Source of the DNA: the human T2T-CHM13v2.0 reference genome, Homo sapiens
DNA length: 64,000 nt
NCBI RefSeq assembly: GCF_009914755.1
Contig: NC_060947.1
Direction: 5' to 3' (one strand)
Of the stretch, positions 28,059 through 38,801 are shown one piece after another. Every line of letters begins with the position of its first letter. Within the stretch, counting starts at the first letter, position 1. The position numbers were made by a program, and so were the translations under genes. The notes under the pieces were generated by a model. It saw only the letters and a program-made list of their open reading frames with translations. It was not told the origin of the DNA and searched no databases.

Positions 28059-28497
28059 TGAAAACTAAAAAGTATCTGAGATAGGTGTCAATCAATTTGG
28101 AAGTTTATTTTGCCAATGTTAAGGGCATGCCCAGGAGGTAGGTCTGTGCCTTTCTCCAGAGATGATTTTGAGGGCTTCAATATTTAAAGGGGAAAAGCAA
28201 GCTGGAGGACATTGAGGGAGGGCACGGTCACATTACTGAATGCACATGTTGCAAGAGGAATAGGAGCAGGTAGGGGTATAACCAGTTATGTATTCCTCTC
28301 TCCCTCATTAAACTGGCACTTTACGTAAGATAAAGTGAACGTAGAGTAGCTACCTGTGGATATATTTAACCTTTTATCTGTAGCTATCTGCTTAGGAACA
28401 AAAGGAAAGGCAGCTTCCTACATGACTCACCTTTCAGATTCATTTTCTTCTTTTGGCATAGTGAATTAGGGTCCCACATTTTTATGTTTCTTTCACA
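28059..28497 (-). mobile_element. MER4-group LTR, with MER4-int fragments to its right (28498-28978, ~30040-30370, ~46850-47270)
   Basis: The reverse complement begins tgtgaaagaaa..gggaccc..cactatgccaaa..ccttttgttcctaagcagatagct. Confidence 0.75.
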
Positions 28498-28539
28498 TTT
28501 CTCCCTCTTTTCTTCTGAAAATCTTTCAGACAAAGCATT

Positions 28540-28903
28540 TGTATTAGTCACCTTCACACTGCTATAACAAACTACCTGAGCCTGAGCAATATATAAACAA
28601 AAGAGGTTTAGTTGACTCACAGTTCCGCATGACTGCAGAGTCCTCAGGAAACACAATCATGGCAGAAAGTGAAGGGGAAGCAAGGCACCTCTCACATGGT
28701 AGCAGGAGAGAAAGGGCACAAGGGGGGACCTGCCAAACACTTTTAAACCATCAGATCTCATGAGAACTCACTCACTATCATGAGAACAGCATGGGGGAAA
28801 CTGCCCCCATGGTCCAATCATTTCCTACCAGGTCCCTCCCTTGTCATGTGGGGATTATAATTCAAGATGAGATTTGGGTGGGGACCAGAGTCAAACCATA
28901 TCA
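28540..28903 (-). mobile_element. THE1C/D MaLR solo LTR
   Basis: tgtattagtc..gatctcatgagaactcactcactatcatgagaacagc..aaaccatatca, with 5-bp TSD gcatt/ccatt. Confidence 0.85.
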
Positions 28904-29731
28904 CCATTTTAGAAAAAAATGAGTTTCTGGTTTTGGGTTTTATCTGATCACTCATGGCTAGGACTGTTTATTTCTAGAATACATAATGTAATTCATCATT
29001 GCAGTATCCTAGAGAATAATTTCACCAGTCTAATAAATCCCTTCTGCTTATCTAAGGCATACCTTCTCCCCACCCCAGATCACTGGCCACAACAGACATT
29101 TTTACTGCCTTTATAGCTTCGCCTTTTCTAGAATGTCAGGTAAATTAGATCATATACTATCTATCATTTTCAGACTGGCTTCTTTCACTTAACACTAAGC
29201 ACTTAAGATTCATTCATGTTTTTTGTGCCTCAGGGGTCATTTTTTGGTTGATGAATAATGTTCTGTTGTTGTTGGAACACAGTTTTTCCATTCACCTCCT
29301 GAAGAACATCTTGTGTGCTTCCAGTTTCTGACAATGATGAAGTAAGCTGCCACATACATTTGTATGCAAGATTTTTGCGTGGGCATAAGTTTGCAAACCA
29401 GCTGGATGTATACCTAGGATTGAAGAGACTGTGCTCAGTTTTGTAATGGAAACAGCTGACAAACTGTCTTTGAAAGTTGCTTTACTACTTTGCATTCCCA
29501 GCAGTGATGACCAACAGTGTCTTTTGTTCCTCGTTGCCAGCCATTGGCATTTTCGATTTTTTGGATTTTAGTCATCCTAATACGTGTGTATCTCACTTTT
29601 ATTTAATTCACAATTTCCTTCTGAAGAATGATGTTGATTATCTTGTCTTATGATTATTTTCCATCTGCATATGTTTTTTGTCAATGTGTCCATTTAGAGA
29701 TTTTTGCCTGTGAACTTTAAAAAGCAGTTGG

Positions 29732-30030
<299 letters not shown>

Positions 30031-30952
30031 GCATCTGGGCTTCCATTTTTCTGATAAAGTCTTTTAGCACTTTTTTGTCTTTAAGTTAATTAAATATAGA
30101 AAATTAAATCATATAAATTATATATAAGCATATAAAATATATAATATATAACCATATATATCTAATGAGGTGTTTTGAAATTAGAAAAAAATCTAATTTT
30201 ACAAACCTCAAAATTATTTAAGGTCCCTTATGCAGCAGAGAGTAGCAAGAAGAAAGAGACAGGCAGAAATAAATGGAGAAAACAGAATTCAGTTGACTGA
30301 GAAGGGTAAAAAAAATCCCTTTTTGTCAAAAAAAATAATATCCTAGAAGAGAAAGAAAGCATAAAGGCCTGATATATATATATATGCTTGCTTTATACAT
30401 ATATATATGTATGTGTATGTGTATATGTATGTATATTTACCTGTTTTATTATTATACTTTAAGATCTAGGGTACATGTGCATGACGTGCAGGTTTGTTAC
30501 ATATGTATACATGTGCCATATTGGTGTACTGCACCCATTAACTCGTCATTTACATTCCTATTACATTAGGAATATCTCCTAATGCTATTCCTCCCGCCTC
30601 TTCCCACTCCACGACAGGCCCCGGTGTGTGATGTTCCCCACCCTGTGTCCAAGTGTTCTCATTGTTCAATTTCCACCTATGAGTGAGAACATGCGGTGTT
30701 TGGTTTTTTGTCCTTGTGATAGTTTGCTGAGAATGATGGTTTCCAGCTTCATCCATGTCCCTACAAAGGACATGAACTCATCCTTTTTTATGCCTGCATA
30801 GTATTCCATGGTGTATATGTGTCACATTTTCTTAATCCAGTCTATCATTGATGGACATCTGGGTTGGTTCCAAGTCTTTGCTATTGTGAATAGTGCCGCA
30901 ATAAACATACGTGTGCATGTGTATTTACAGCAGCATGATTTATAATCCTTTG

Positions 30953-32614
30953 ATGTGCTGCTGGATTCAGTTTGCCAGTATTTTATTGAGGATTTTTGCA
31001 TCGATGTTCATCAGGGATATTGGTCTAAAATTCTCTTTTTTTGTTGTGTCTCTGCCAGGCTTTGATATCAGGATGATGCTGGCCTCATAAAATGAGTTAG
31101 GGAGGATTCCCTTTCTTTCTATTGATTGGAATAGTTTCAGAAGGAATGGTACCAGCTCCTCTTTGTACCTCTGGTACAATTCGGCTGTGAATCTGTCTGG
31201 TCCTCGACGTTTTTTGGTTGGTAGGCTATTAATTATTGCCTCAATATCGGAGGGTGTTATTGGTCTATTCAGGGATTCAACTTCTTCCTGGTTTAGGCTT
31301 GAGAAGGCGTATGTGTCCAGGAATTTATTCATTTCTTCTAGATTTTCTAGTTTATTTGCGTAGAGGTGTTTATAGTATTCTCTGATGGTAGTTTGTATTT
31401 CTGTGGGATCGGTGGTGATATCCCCTTTATCATTTTTTATTGCGTCTATTTGATTCTTCTCTCTTTTCTTCTTTATTAGTCTTGCTAGCAGTCTATCAAT
31501 TTTGTTGATCTTTTCAAAAACCAGCTCCTGGATTCACTGATTTTTTGAAGGGTTTTTTGTGTCTCTGTCTCCTTCAGTTCTGCTTTGATTTTAGTTATTT
31601 CTTCCCTTCTGCTAGCTTTTGAATATGTTTGCTCTTGCTTCTCTAGTTCTTTTAATTGTGATGTTAGGGTGTCAATTTTAGATCTTTCTTGCTTTCTCTT
31701 GTGGGCATTTAGTGCTATAAATTTCCCTCTACACACTGCTTTAAATGTGTCCCAGAGATTCTGGTATGTTGTGTCTTTGTTCTCATTGGTTTCAAAGAAC
31801 ATCTTTATTTCTGCCTTCATTTCGTTATGTACCCAGTAGTCATTCAAGAGCAGGTTGTTCAGTTTCCATGTAGTTGTGTGGTTTTAAGTGAGTTTCTTAA
31901 TGGTGAGTTCTAGTTTGATTGCACTGTGGTCTGAGAGACAGTTTGTTATAGTTTCTGTTCTTTTACATTTGCTGAGGAGTGCTTTACTTCCAACTATGTG
32001 GTCAATTTTGGAATAAGTGTGATGTGGTACTGAGAAGAGTGTATATTCTGTTGATTTGGGTGGAGAGTTCTGTAGATGTCTATTAGGTCGGCTTGGTGCA
32101 GAGCTGAGTTCAATTCCTGGATATCCTTGTTAACTTTCTGTCTTGATCTGTCTAATGTTGACAGTGGGGAATTAAGGTCTCCTATTATTATTGTGTGGGA
32201 GACTAAGTCTCTTTGTCGGTCTCTAAGGACTTGCTTTATGAATCTGGGTGCTCCTGTATTGGGTGCATATATATTTAGGACAGTTAGCTCTTCTTGTTGA
32301 ATGGATCCCTTTACCATTATGTAATGGCCTTTGTCTCTTTTGATCTTTGTTGGTTTAAAGTCTGTTTTATCCGAGACTAGGATTGCAACCCCTGCTTTTT
32401 TGTTTGTTTGTTTTCTATTTGCTTGGTAGATCTTCCTCCATCCTTTTATTTTGAGCCTATGTGTGTCTCTACACGTGAGATGGGTTTTCTGAATACAGCA
32501 CACTGATGGGTCTTGACTCTTTATCCAATTTGCCAGTCTGTGTCTTTTAACTGGAGCATTTAGCCCATTTACATTTAAGGTTAATATTGTTATGTGTGTA
32601 TTTGATCCTGTCAT
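30953..32614 (-). pseudogene. L1 ORF2 remnant (endonuclease to start of RT), frameshifted
   Basis: ORF track: MTGSNTHITILTLNVNGLNAP.., [14 protein letters not shown].., [23 protein letters not shown]. Confidence 0.92.
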
Positions 32615-32677
32615 TACGATGTTAGCTGGTGATTTTGCTTGTTAGTTGATGAAGTTTCTTCCTAGCATCAGTGGTCT

Positions 32678-33707
32678 TTACGATTTGGCATGTTTTTGCA
32701 GTGGCTGGTACCAGTTGTTCCTTTCCATGTTTACTGCTTCCTTCAGGAGCTCTTGTAACGCAGGCCTGGTGATGACAAAATCTCTCAGCATTTGCTTGTC
32801 TGTAAAGGATTTTATTTTTCCTTCACTTACGAAGCTTAGTTTGGCAGGATATGAAATTCTGGGTTGAAAATTCTTTTCTTTAAGAATGTTGAATATTGGC
32901 CCCCACTCTCTTCTGGCTTCTATGTAGAGTTTCTACCAAGAGATCCGCTGTTAGTCTGATGGGCTTCCCTTTGTGGGAAACCTGACCTTTCTCTCTGGCT
33001 GCCCTTAATATTTTTTCCTTCATTTCAACTTTGGTGAATCTGATAATTATGTGTCTTGGAGTTGCTCTTCTCAAGGAGTATCTTTGTGGCTTTCTCTGTA
33101 TTTCCTGAATTTGAATGTTGGCCTGCCTTGCTAGGTTGGGGAAGTTCTCCTGGATAGTATCCTGAAGAGTGTTTTCCAACTTGGTTCCATTCTCCCTGTC
33201 ACTTTCAGGTACATCAATTAGACGTAGATTTGGTCTTTTCACATAGTCCCATATTTCTTGGAGGCTTTCTTTGTTTCTTTTTACTCTTTTTTCTCTAAAC
33301 TTCTCTTCTTGCTTTATTTCATTCATTTGATCTTCAATCACTGATACCCTTTCTTCCACTTGATCAAATCAGCTACTGAAGCTTGCGCATATGTCACGTA
33401 GTTCTCGTGCCATGGTTTTCAGCTCCATCAGGTCATTTAAGGTCTTCTCTATGCTGTTTATTCTAGTTAGCCATTCATCTAATCCTTTTTCAAGATTTTT
33501 AGCTTCTTTGCGATGGGTTTGAACATCCTCCTTTAGCTTGGAGAAGTTTGTTATTACCGATCGTCTGAAGCCTTCTTTTCTCAACTCGTCAAAGTCATTC
33601 TCCATCCAGCTTTGTTCTGTTGCTGGCAAGGAGCTGCATTTCTTTGGAAGGGAAGAGGCACTCTGATTTTTAGAATTTTCAGCTTTTCTGCTCTGTTTTT
33701 TCCCCAT
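32678..33707 (-). pseudogene. L1 ORF1 remnant (stop and frameshift)
   Basis: MGKKQSRKAENSKNQSAS.. and ..LQEIWDYVKRPNLRLI.. are split by a stop at 33369. Confidence 0.92.
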
Positions 33708-34276
33708 CTTTGTGGTTTTATCTACCTTTGGTCTTTGACGTACAGATGGGGTTTTGGTGTGGATGTCCTTTCTGTTTGTTAGTTTTCCTTCTAACCGTCA
33801 GGACCTTCAGCTGCAGGTCTGTTGGAGTTTGCCTAGGTCCACTCCAGACCCCGTTTGCCTGGGTATCAATCACCCGAGGAGGCTGCAGAACAGCAGATAT
33901 CGCAGAACGGCAAATGTTGCTGCCTTATTCTTCCTCTGGAAGCTTCGTCTCAGAGGGGCACTGGGCTGTATGAGGTGTCAGTCAGTCCCTACTGGGAGGT
34001 GTCTCCCAGTTAGACTACTCGGGGGTCAGGGACCCACTTGAGGAGGCAGTCTGTCCATTCTCAGATCTCAAACTCTGTGTTGGGAGAACCACTACTGTCT
34101 TCAAAGCTGTCAGACAGGGACGTTTAAGTCTGCAGAAGTTTCTGCTGCTTTTTGTTCAGCTATGGGCTGCCCCCAGAGGTGGAGTCTACAGAGGCAGGCA
34201 GGTCTCCTTGAGCTGCGGTGGGCTCCACCCAGTTCGAGCTTCCCAGCTGCTTTGTTTACCTACTCAAGCCTCAGCA

Positions 34277-34459
34277 ATGGCAGACGTCCCTCCCCCAGCC
34301 TTGTTGCTGCCTTGCAGTTCAATCTCAGACTGCTGTGCTAGCAGTGAGCAAGGATCCGTGGGCGTGGGACCCTCCAAGCCAGGCGCAGGATATAATCTCC
34401 TTGTGTGCTGTTTGCTAAGACTGTTGGAAAAGTGCAGTATTAGGGTGGGAGTGTCCTAA
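34277..34459 (+). other. L1 antisense ORF0 homolog, 60 aa (truncated)
   Basis: MADVPPPALLLPCSSISDCCASSEQGSVGVGPSKPG.. resembles primate L1 ORF0 (MAGAPPPASLPPCSLISDCCAS..). Confidence 0.6.
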
Positions 34460-35691
34460 TTTTCCAGGTACTGTCTGTCATGGCTTCCCTTGGCTAGGAA
34501 AGGGAATTCTCCTACCCGTTGCACTTCCCGGGTGAGGTGATGCCCTGCCCTGCTTCAGCTCACAATCCGTGAACTGCACCCACTGTCTGACAAGCCCCAG
34601 TGAGATGAACCTGGTACCTCAGTTGGAAATGCAGAAATCACCCATCTTCTGCATCACTCAAGCTGGGAGCTGCAGACTGGAGCTGTTCCTATTCGGCCAT
34701 CTTGAAACTGCTCTATATTTACCTTTTAAAATTCTTGTTTCTTTTTTTCTCAGACGTTAGATATGAGTTCTAAATTTCTTTTCAAATAATTAATATGTCA
34801 GTATGTTCAATTCTTTGCTTTCTACTTTTAAACTTAACTTCCTCGTAAAGCAACCTTTTTCGATTACCTACTCCACCCTGACTCATTCAAATTACCTACT
34901 CCACCCTGACTCATTCCAATCACCTGTGCCACCTTAACTCATTCTGATCACCTGCTCCACCCTAACTCATTCAGATTACCTGCTACCTGCTCTGCCCTGA
35001 CTCCCGCCAAAGCACTCAACCCAACATTCTCTTTAAATTAGCCAATCTGAATTTAGCCTGTGCAGGCTAACCCTAGCCAATAGGAGAATGACACAGCAGC
35101 AGGGGCCACATGCGTCAGGGATAAGAACCCCTTCCCCTCCCTTGTCCAAGTGTGCGCTCACCATTGCTCCATCTGTAAGGGCATACCCTTTTATAGAAGT
35201 AACTTGCCTTGCTGAGAATTAAAAATAAAATTTTATATTTGAGTGCTATTACTTTTGCTGCACTGAAACTTTATATATAACAATTTAGGGGCTGCCTGTG
35301 ATTACATTCCCCTCTAGGGACGTTCTCTGGTTCTCTCTTGTGAGGAGGCACACCCCGCCCCCTTGTGGCAGCCTCAGGGGTGAGAAATCAAGACCCACCC
35401 AGTGTGAGGAATAACCTGGGCTCTCAGCAACGTGGGGGCAGGGGACTGGCCAGCAACCTAGCTTAAAGGATCCTCACATAGTGTGGCAACAACTCTGTGC
35501 ACAGACCAAGGAAGGAGAAGCTGTGGGAGCTGGTAAAATATTTCCTTGGTGGTCAGGACCAAGGTAAGAAAGTTGCAGTGGGGCGGGGGCGGTGAAGTAC
35601 TCCTTGGTCGGGGTGGCTTAGAAGTTAAAAAGTGGTGAGACATCCCCATTGTGGGGGATTGAACCTCACACAAATCTCCAGTAGTAGAAAT

Positions 35692-35953
35692 GGCAAGAAA
35701 CTTCCAGTGGGGAAATTGAGCCTCACCCCAAAATGCAAGAAATTTCCAGTGGGGACATTGAGCCTCACCCCAAAAAGGCAAGAAATTTCCAGTGGGGGAA
35801 ATTTAGCCTCACCCCAAAAGGCAAGAAATTTCCAGTGGGGAAATTGAGCCTTACCCCAAAATGCAAGAAATTTCCAGTGGGGACATTGAGCCTCACCCCA
35901 AAAGGTGAGAAATTCCCAGTAAGGGAAATTGAACCTTGAACCTTACCCCAAAA
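35692..35953 (+). repeat. 42-43 bp tandem repeat, about 6 copies, in the proviral leader
   Basis: Unit gcaagaaatttccagtggggaaattgagcctcaccccaaaa. Confidence 0.92.
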
Positions 35954-36954
35954 CCATCAAGATGAGAAATACCCCAAGCAAGACAGGGAGCAAGGAGGAT
36001 AAAGATGGTAACAAAGATATCCCCCCGGATAGCCCCCTAGGTCTCATGCTAAAACACTGGAAGGATAATGAAGGGACTAAAAGAAAAAAGGAAAAAGCAA
36101 CAAATGATACAATATTGCTGTTTTACTTGAACTCAGGGACCCATCCTCAAACCCTCAATCTTCTGGCTAAAGTTTAGGTCGAATGAGCATGTAATGTGTC
36201 AGCTTCTAATCCGATATGTTAATGATAAAAGTCCAGTGTCTCAAGAAGAACTAGGCTATGGAGACAAGGACCTGCCCTCCTTTTTCCCTTAAAAACAAAT
36301 AGGGAAGAACCCAATCTGGCACCTCAAAATGAAAAGTCAGAGGAGCCAGCTCTCACGCCTAAACATTCCAGCGCATGAGATCCTCTAGACTATCTTCCCC
36401 CATTCAGTGTCCCCAATCTTTCCCCTCAGACAGCCACTGACACCTCAGATCCCATTCCAAATCCCCCTCTACTCATGTTATCCCTCCTCCTTATAACCCT
36501 GACTCTTGGGAATTACCATTCCATCAGTCTGTTCCCTCCCGACCTAAATACCCCTGTCTAAAAGGACTCCAGTATGAGGTAGAACGATGTAAAAAAGATA
36601 TTCAGAATTTCCCATTTCCCTCTGTACCTAAGGGGTTAGCCCTGATCCTCTTACCTTTGAAAGAGGTACCACAAGGAGGGTGGGGGGAGGGGGGAAGGGG
36701 GCATTGGATTTGTAAATGCTACCCTACCGAGTTCAGAAGTCCACAGTTTTAAAAAAGGAGCTTAAATCACTACTAGATGACCCTTACAGAGTGGCAGACC
36801 AAATTGACCAATTCTTAGGACCTCAGTTGTACACCTGGGTCGAGTTAATGTCCATCTTGGGCATCCTCTTTTCAGAGGAAGAAAGAGTAGCTCCACTCCT
36901 GCCAGTCCCTCCCCTAGGGAAAGGGGAAGGAGAGGGGAGAACAGCAGCATAAGC

Positions 36955-37420
36955 AGCTGGCAGAGGCAGGGAAAGAACAGCAGAGAGGAAAGAGAGGGAG
37001 GGGGGAAAGAGAGAGAGAGAGGAAGAGACAAAGAGGGAATCAAAGAGAGAAAGAGAGAGAGACACACACAAAGAGGGAGTCAAAGAGAGAGAGAGAAAGA
37101 GGCAGAGAGAGAGGAAGAGACAAAGATGCAGTCAGAGAGAGAGGAAGAGACAGACAAAGAGGGAGTCAAAGAGAGAGAGAGAAAGAGGAAGAGACAGACA
37201 AAGAGGGAGTCAGAGAGAGAGAGAGGAAGAGAGAGAGACAAAGAGGGAGTCAGAGAGAGAGAGACAGAAAGTCAAAGAGAGACAGAGAAAAAGAGAGGCA
37301 GAGAGAGAGGAAGAGACAGACAAAGAGGGAGTCAAAGAGAGAGAGGCAGAGACGGAGTCAAAGGGAGAGAAAGAGAGAGACAGAAAGTCAAAGAAAGAAA
37401 GATAGAAGTAGTGAAGAAGA
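36955..37420 (+). repeat. GA-rich low-complexity array replacing most of gag-pro-pol
   Basis: Repeated gaggaagagacaaagagggagtcaaagagagaga units. Confidence 0.9.
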
Positions 37421-38801
37421 AACAGTGTACCCTATTCCTTTAAAAGCCAGGGTAAATTTAAAACCTATAATTGATAATTGAAGGTCTTCTCCATGACCCT
37501 ATAACACTCCAATACCACCTTGTTGTCAGTGTAAACAAGGGCATAGCCCTAAAGCACTTAGGCCACTGACAACCCTTAGCCTTCCTATCTAAAATCCTTA
37601 ACCTGCGGATGGCCCAAATGCATTTAATCTGTAGCAGCAACTGCTTTGCTAGCAGAAGAAAGTAGAAAAATCGCTTTTAGAGGAAACTTCATTGTAAGCA
37701 CACCTCACAAGTTCAGAACTATCTTAAGTCAAAAAAAAAAAAAAAAGCAGAAAGGTAGCTTACTAACTCAAAAATCTTAAAGTATGGGACTCTTCTGTTA
37801 GAAAAAGATGATTTAACATTAACCACGGATAATTCCCTTAACCCAGCAGGTTTCCTAACAGGGGATCTAAATCTTAATTAATTACCATACAAAGGTCTGA
37901 CCATACCTAGGAGGAACTCCCTTCAGGACAGGACAATAGATGGTTCCTCCCTGGTGACTGAGGGAAAAAGACACAATAGGTATTCAGTAATTGATAGGGA
38001 AACTCTTGTAAAAGCAGAGTTAGGAAAATGGCCTAATAATTGGTCTGCTCAAACCTGAGAGCTGTTTCCTCTCAGCCAAGCCTTAAAGTACTTAAAGAAC
38101 CAGGAAGGAACCATCTATGCCAATTCTAAGTAAATCTGGACTAAACAAGGTCTTGTTAACAGCAAAGGATAATTGAAATCCCAAACTTACAAGGTTTTCA
38201 ACAAAAGTAAAGTTTGCTAAAAGTTAACAGTGTAACATGTATTATCCTAACTTCTAATCTTATGGTCTTAGGCAGTCTAGTCCACAGACATGAAGGAAGT
38301 TCGCTTTGGAAAAGAATGGTTATCATCTTTAGGAAAAAAAGGGTGGAGGGGGGAATTTATGTAAAAAGAATGTTATATGGTAAATTCTTGTCCTAAAGTA
38401 AATTAACTGGTTGTTTAAAGAAAAGGATGTTTGCAGCAAGTCAGAAAGTTGAGGCACATGGAAGAATTGTCTGTGAAAGTCATGACCAAAAAAAAGTTAT
38501 AAAAGGGAATTTATGCAAGAAATGTTGTATAATTTAAAAGTAATTAGGCCTCCTGAATGTAGAATTATTGAAGAAACAGTTTACGTGCAAAGTGTATAAG
38601 GAAAGTAAAATATACCTTTGGTAAAAGGATTATATGGAGGCATAATGATGTGGATTTTTACCTACATTAAAAGGTTAAAAAAATATTTTGTTTTAAAGGT
38701 TTAAGCAAGTTTTGAAATGTTAATTGTAAAGGGAATCCTGTGTGTAAACATATTGGCTAAAGTTACAGAGGTATCATCCAGTTTTTCTGTGAACTGGACA
38801 T

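Larger units (their letters stand above)
30443..34713 (-). mobile_element. L1PA5/6-like element with complete ends and a ~2 kb internal ORF2 deletion
   Basis: Has the 5'UTR (ggccatcttg), ORF1, ORF2 EN and 3'UTR. TSD tatatttacct at 30432 and 34714. Deletion junction at 30952. Confidence 0.92.

Noticed and set aside
35692-35953. CRISPR-like array of ~42-bp repeats
   Set aside because: Head-to-tail units with no unique spacers and no cas genes, lying in an ERV leader in primate DNA.
37126-37443. E/R/K-rich ORF
   Set aside because: Translation of the GA-rich low-complexity repeat.
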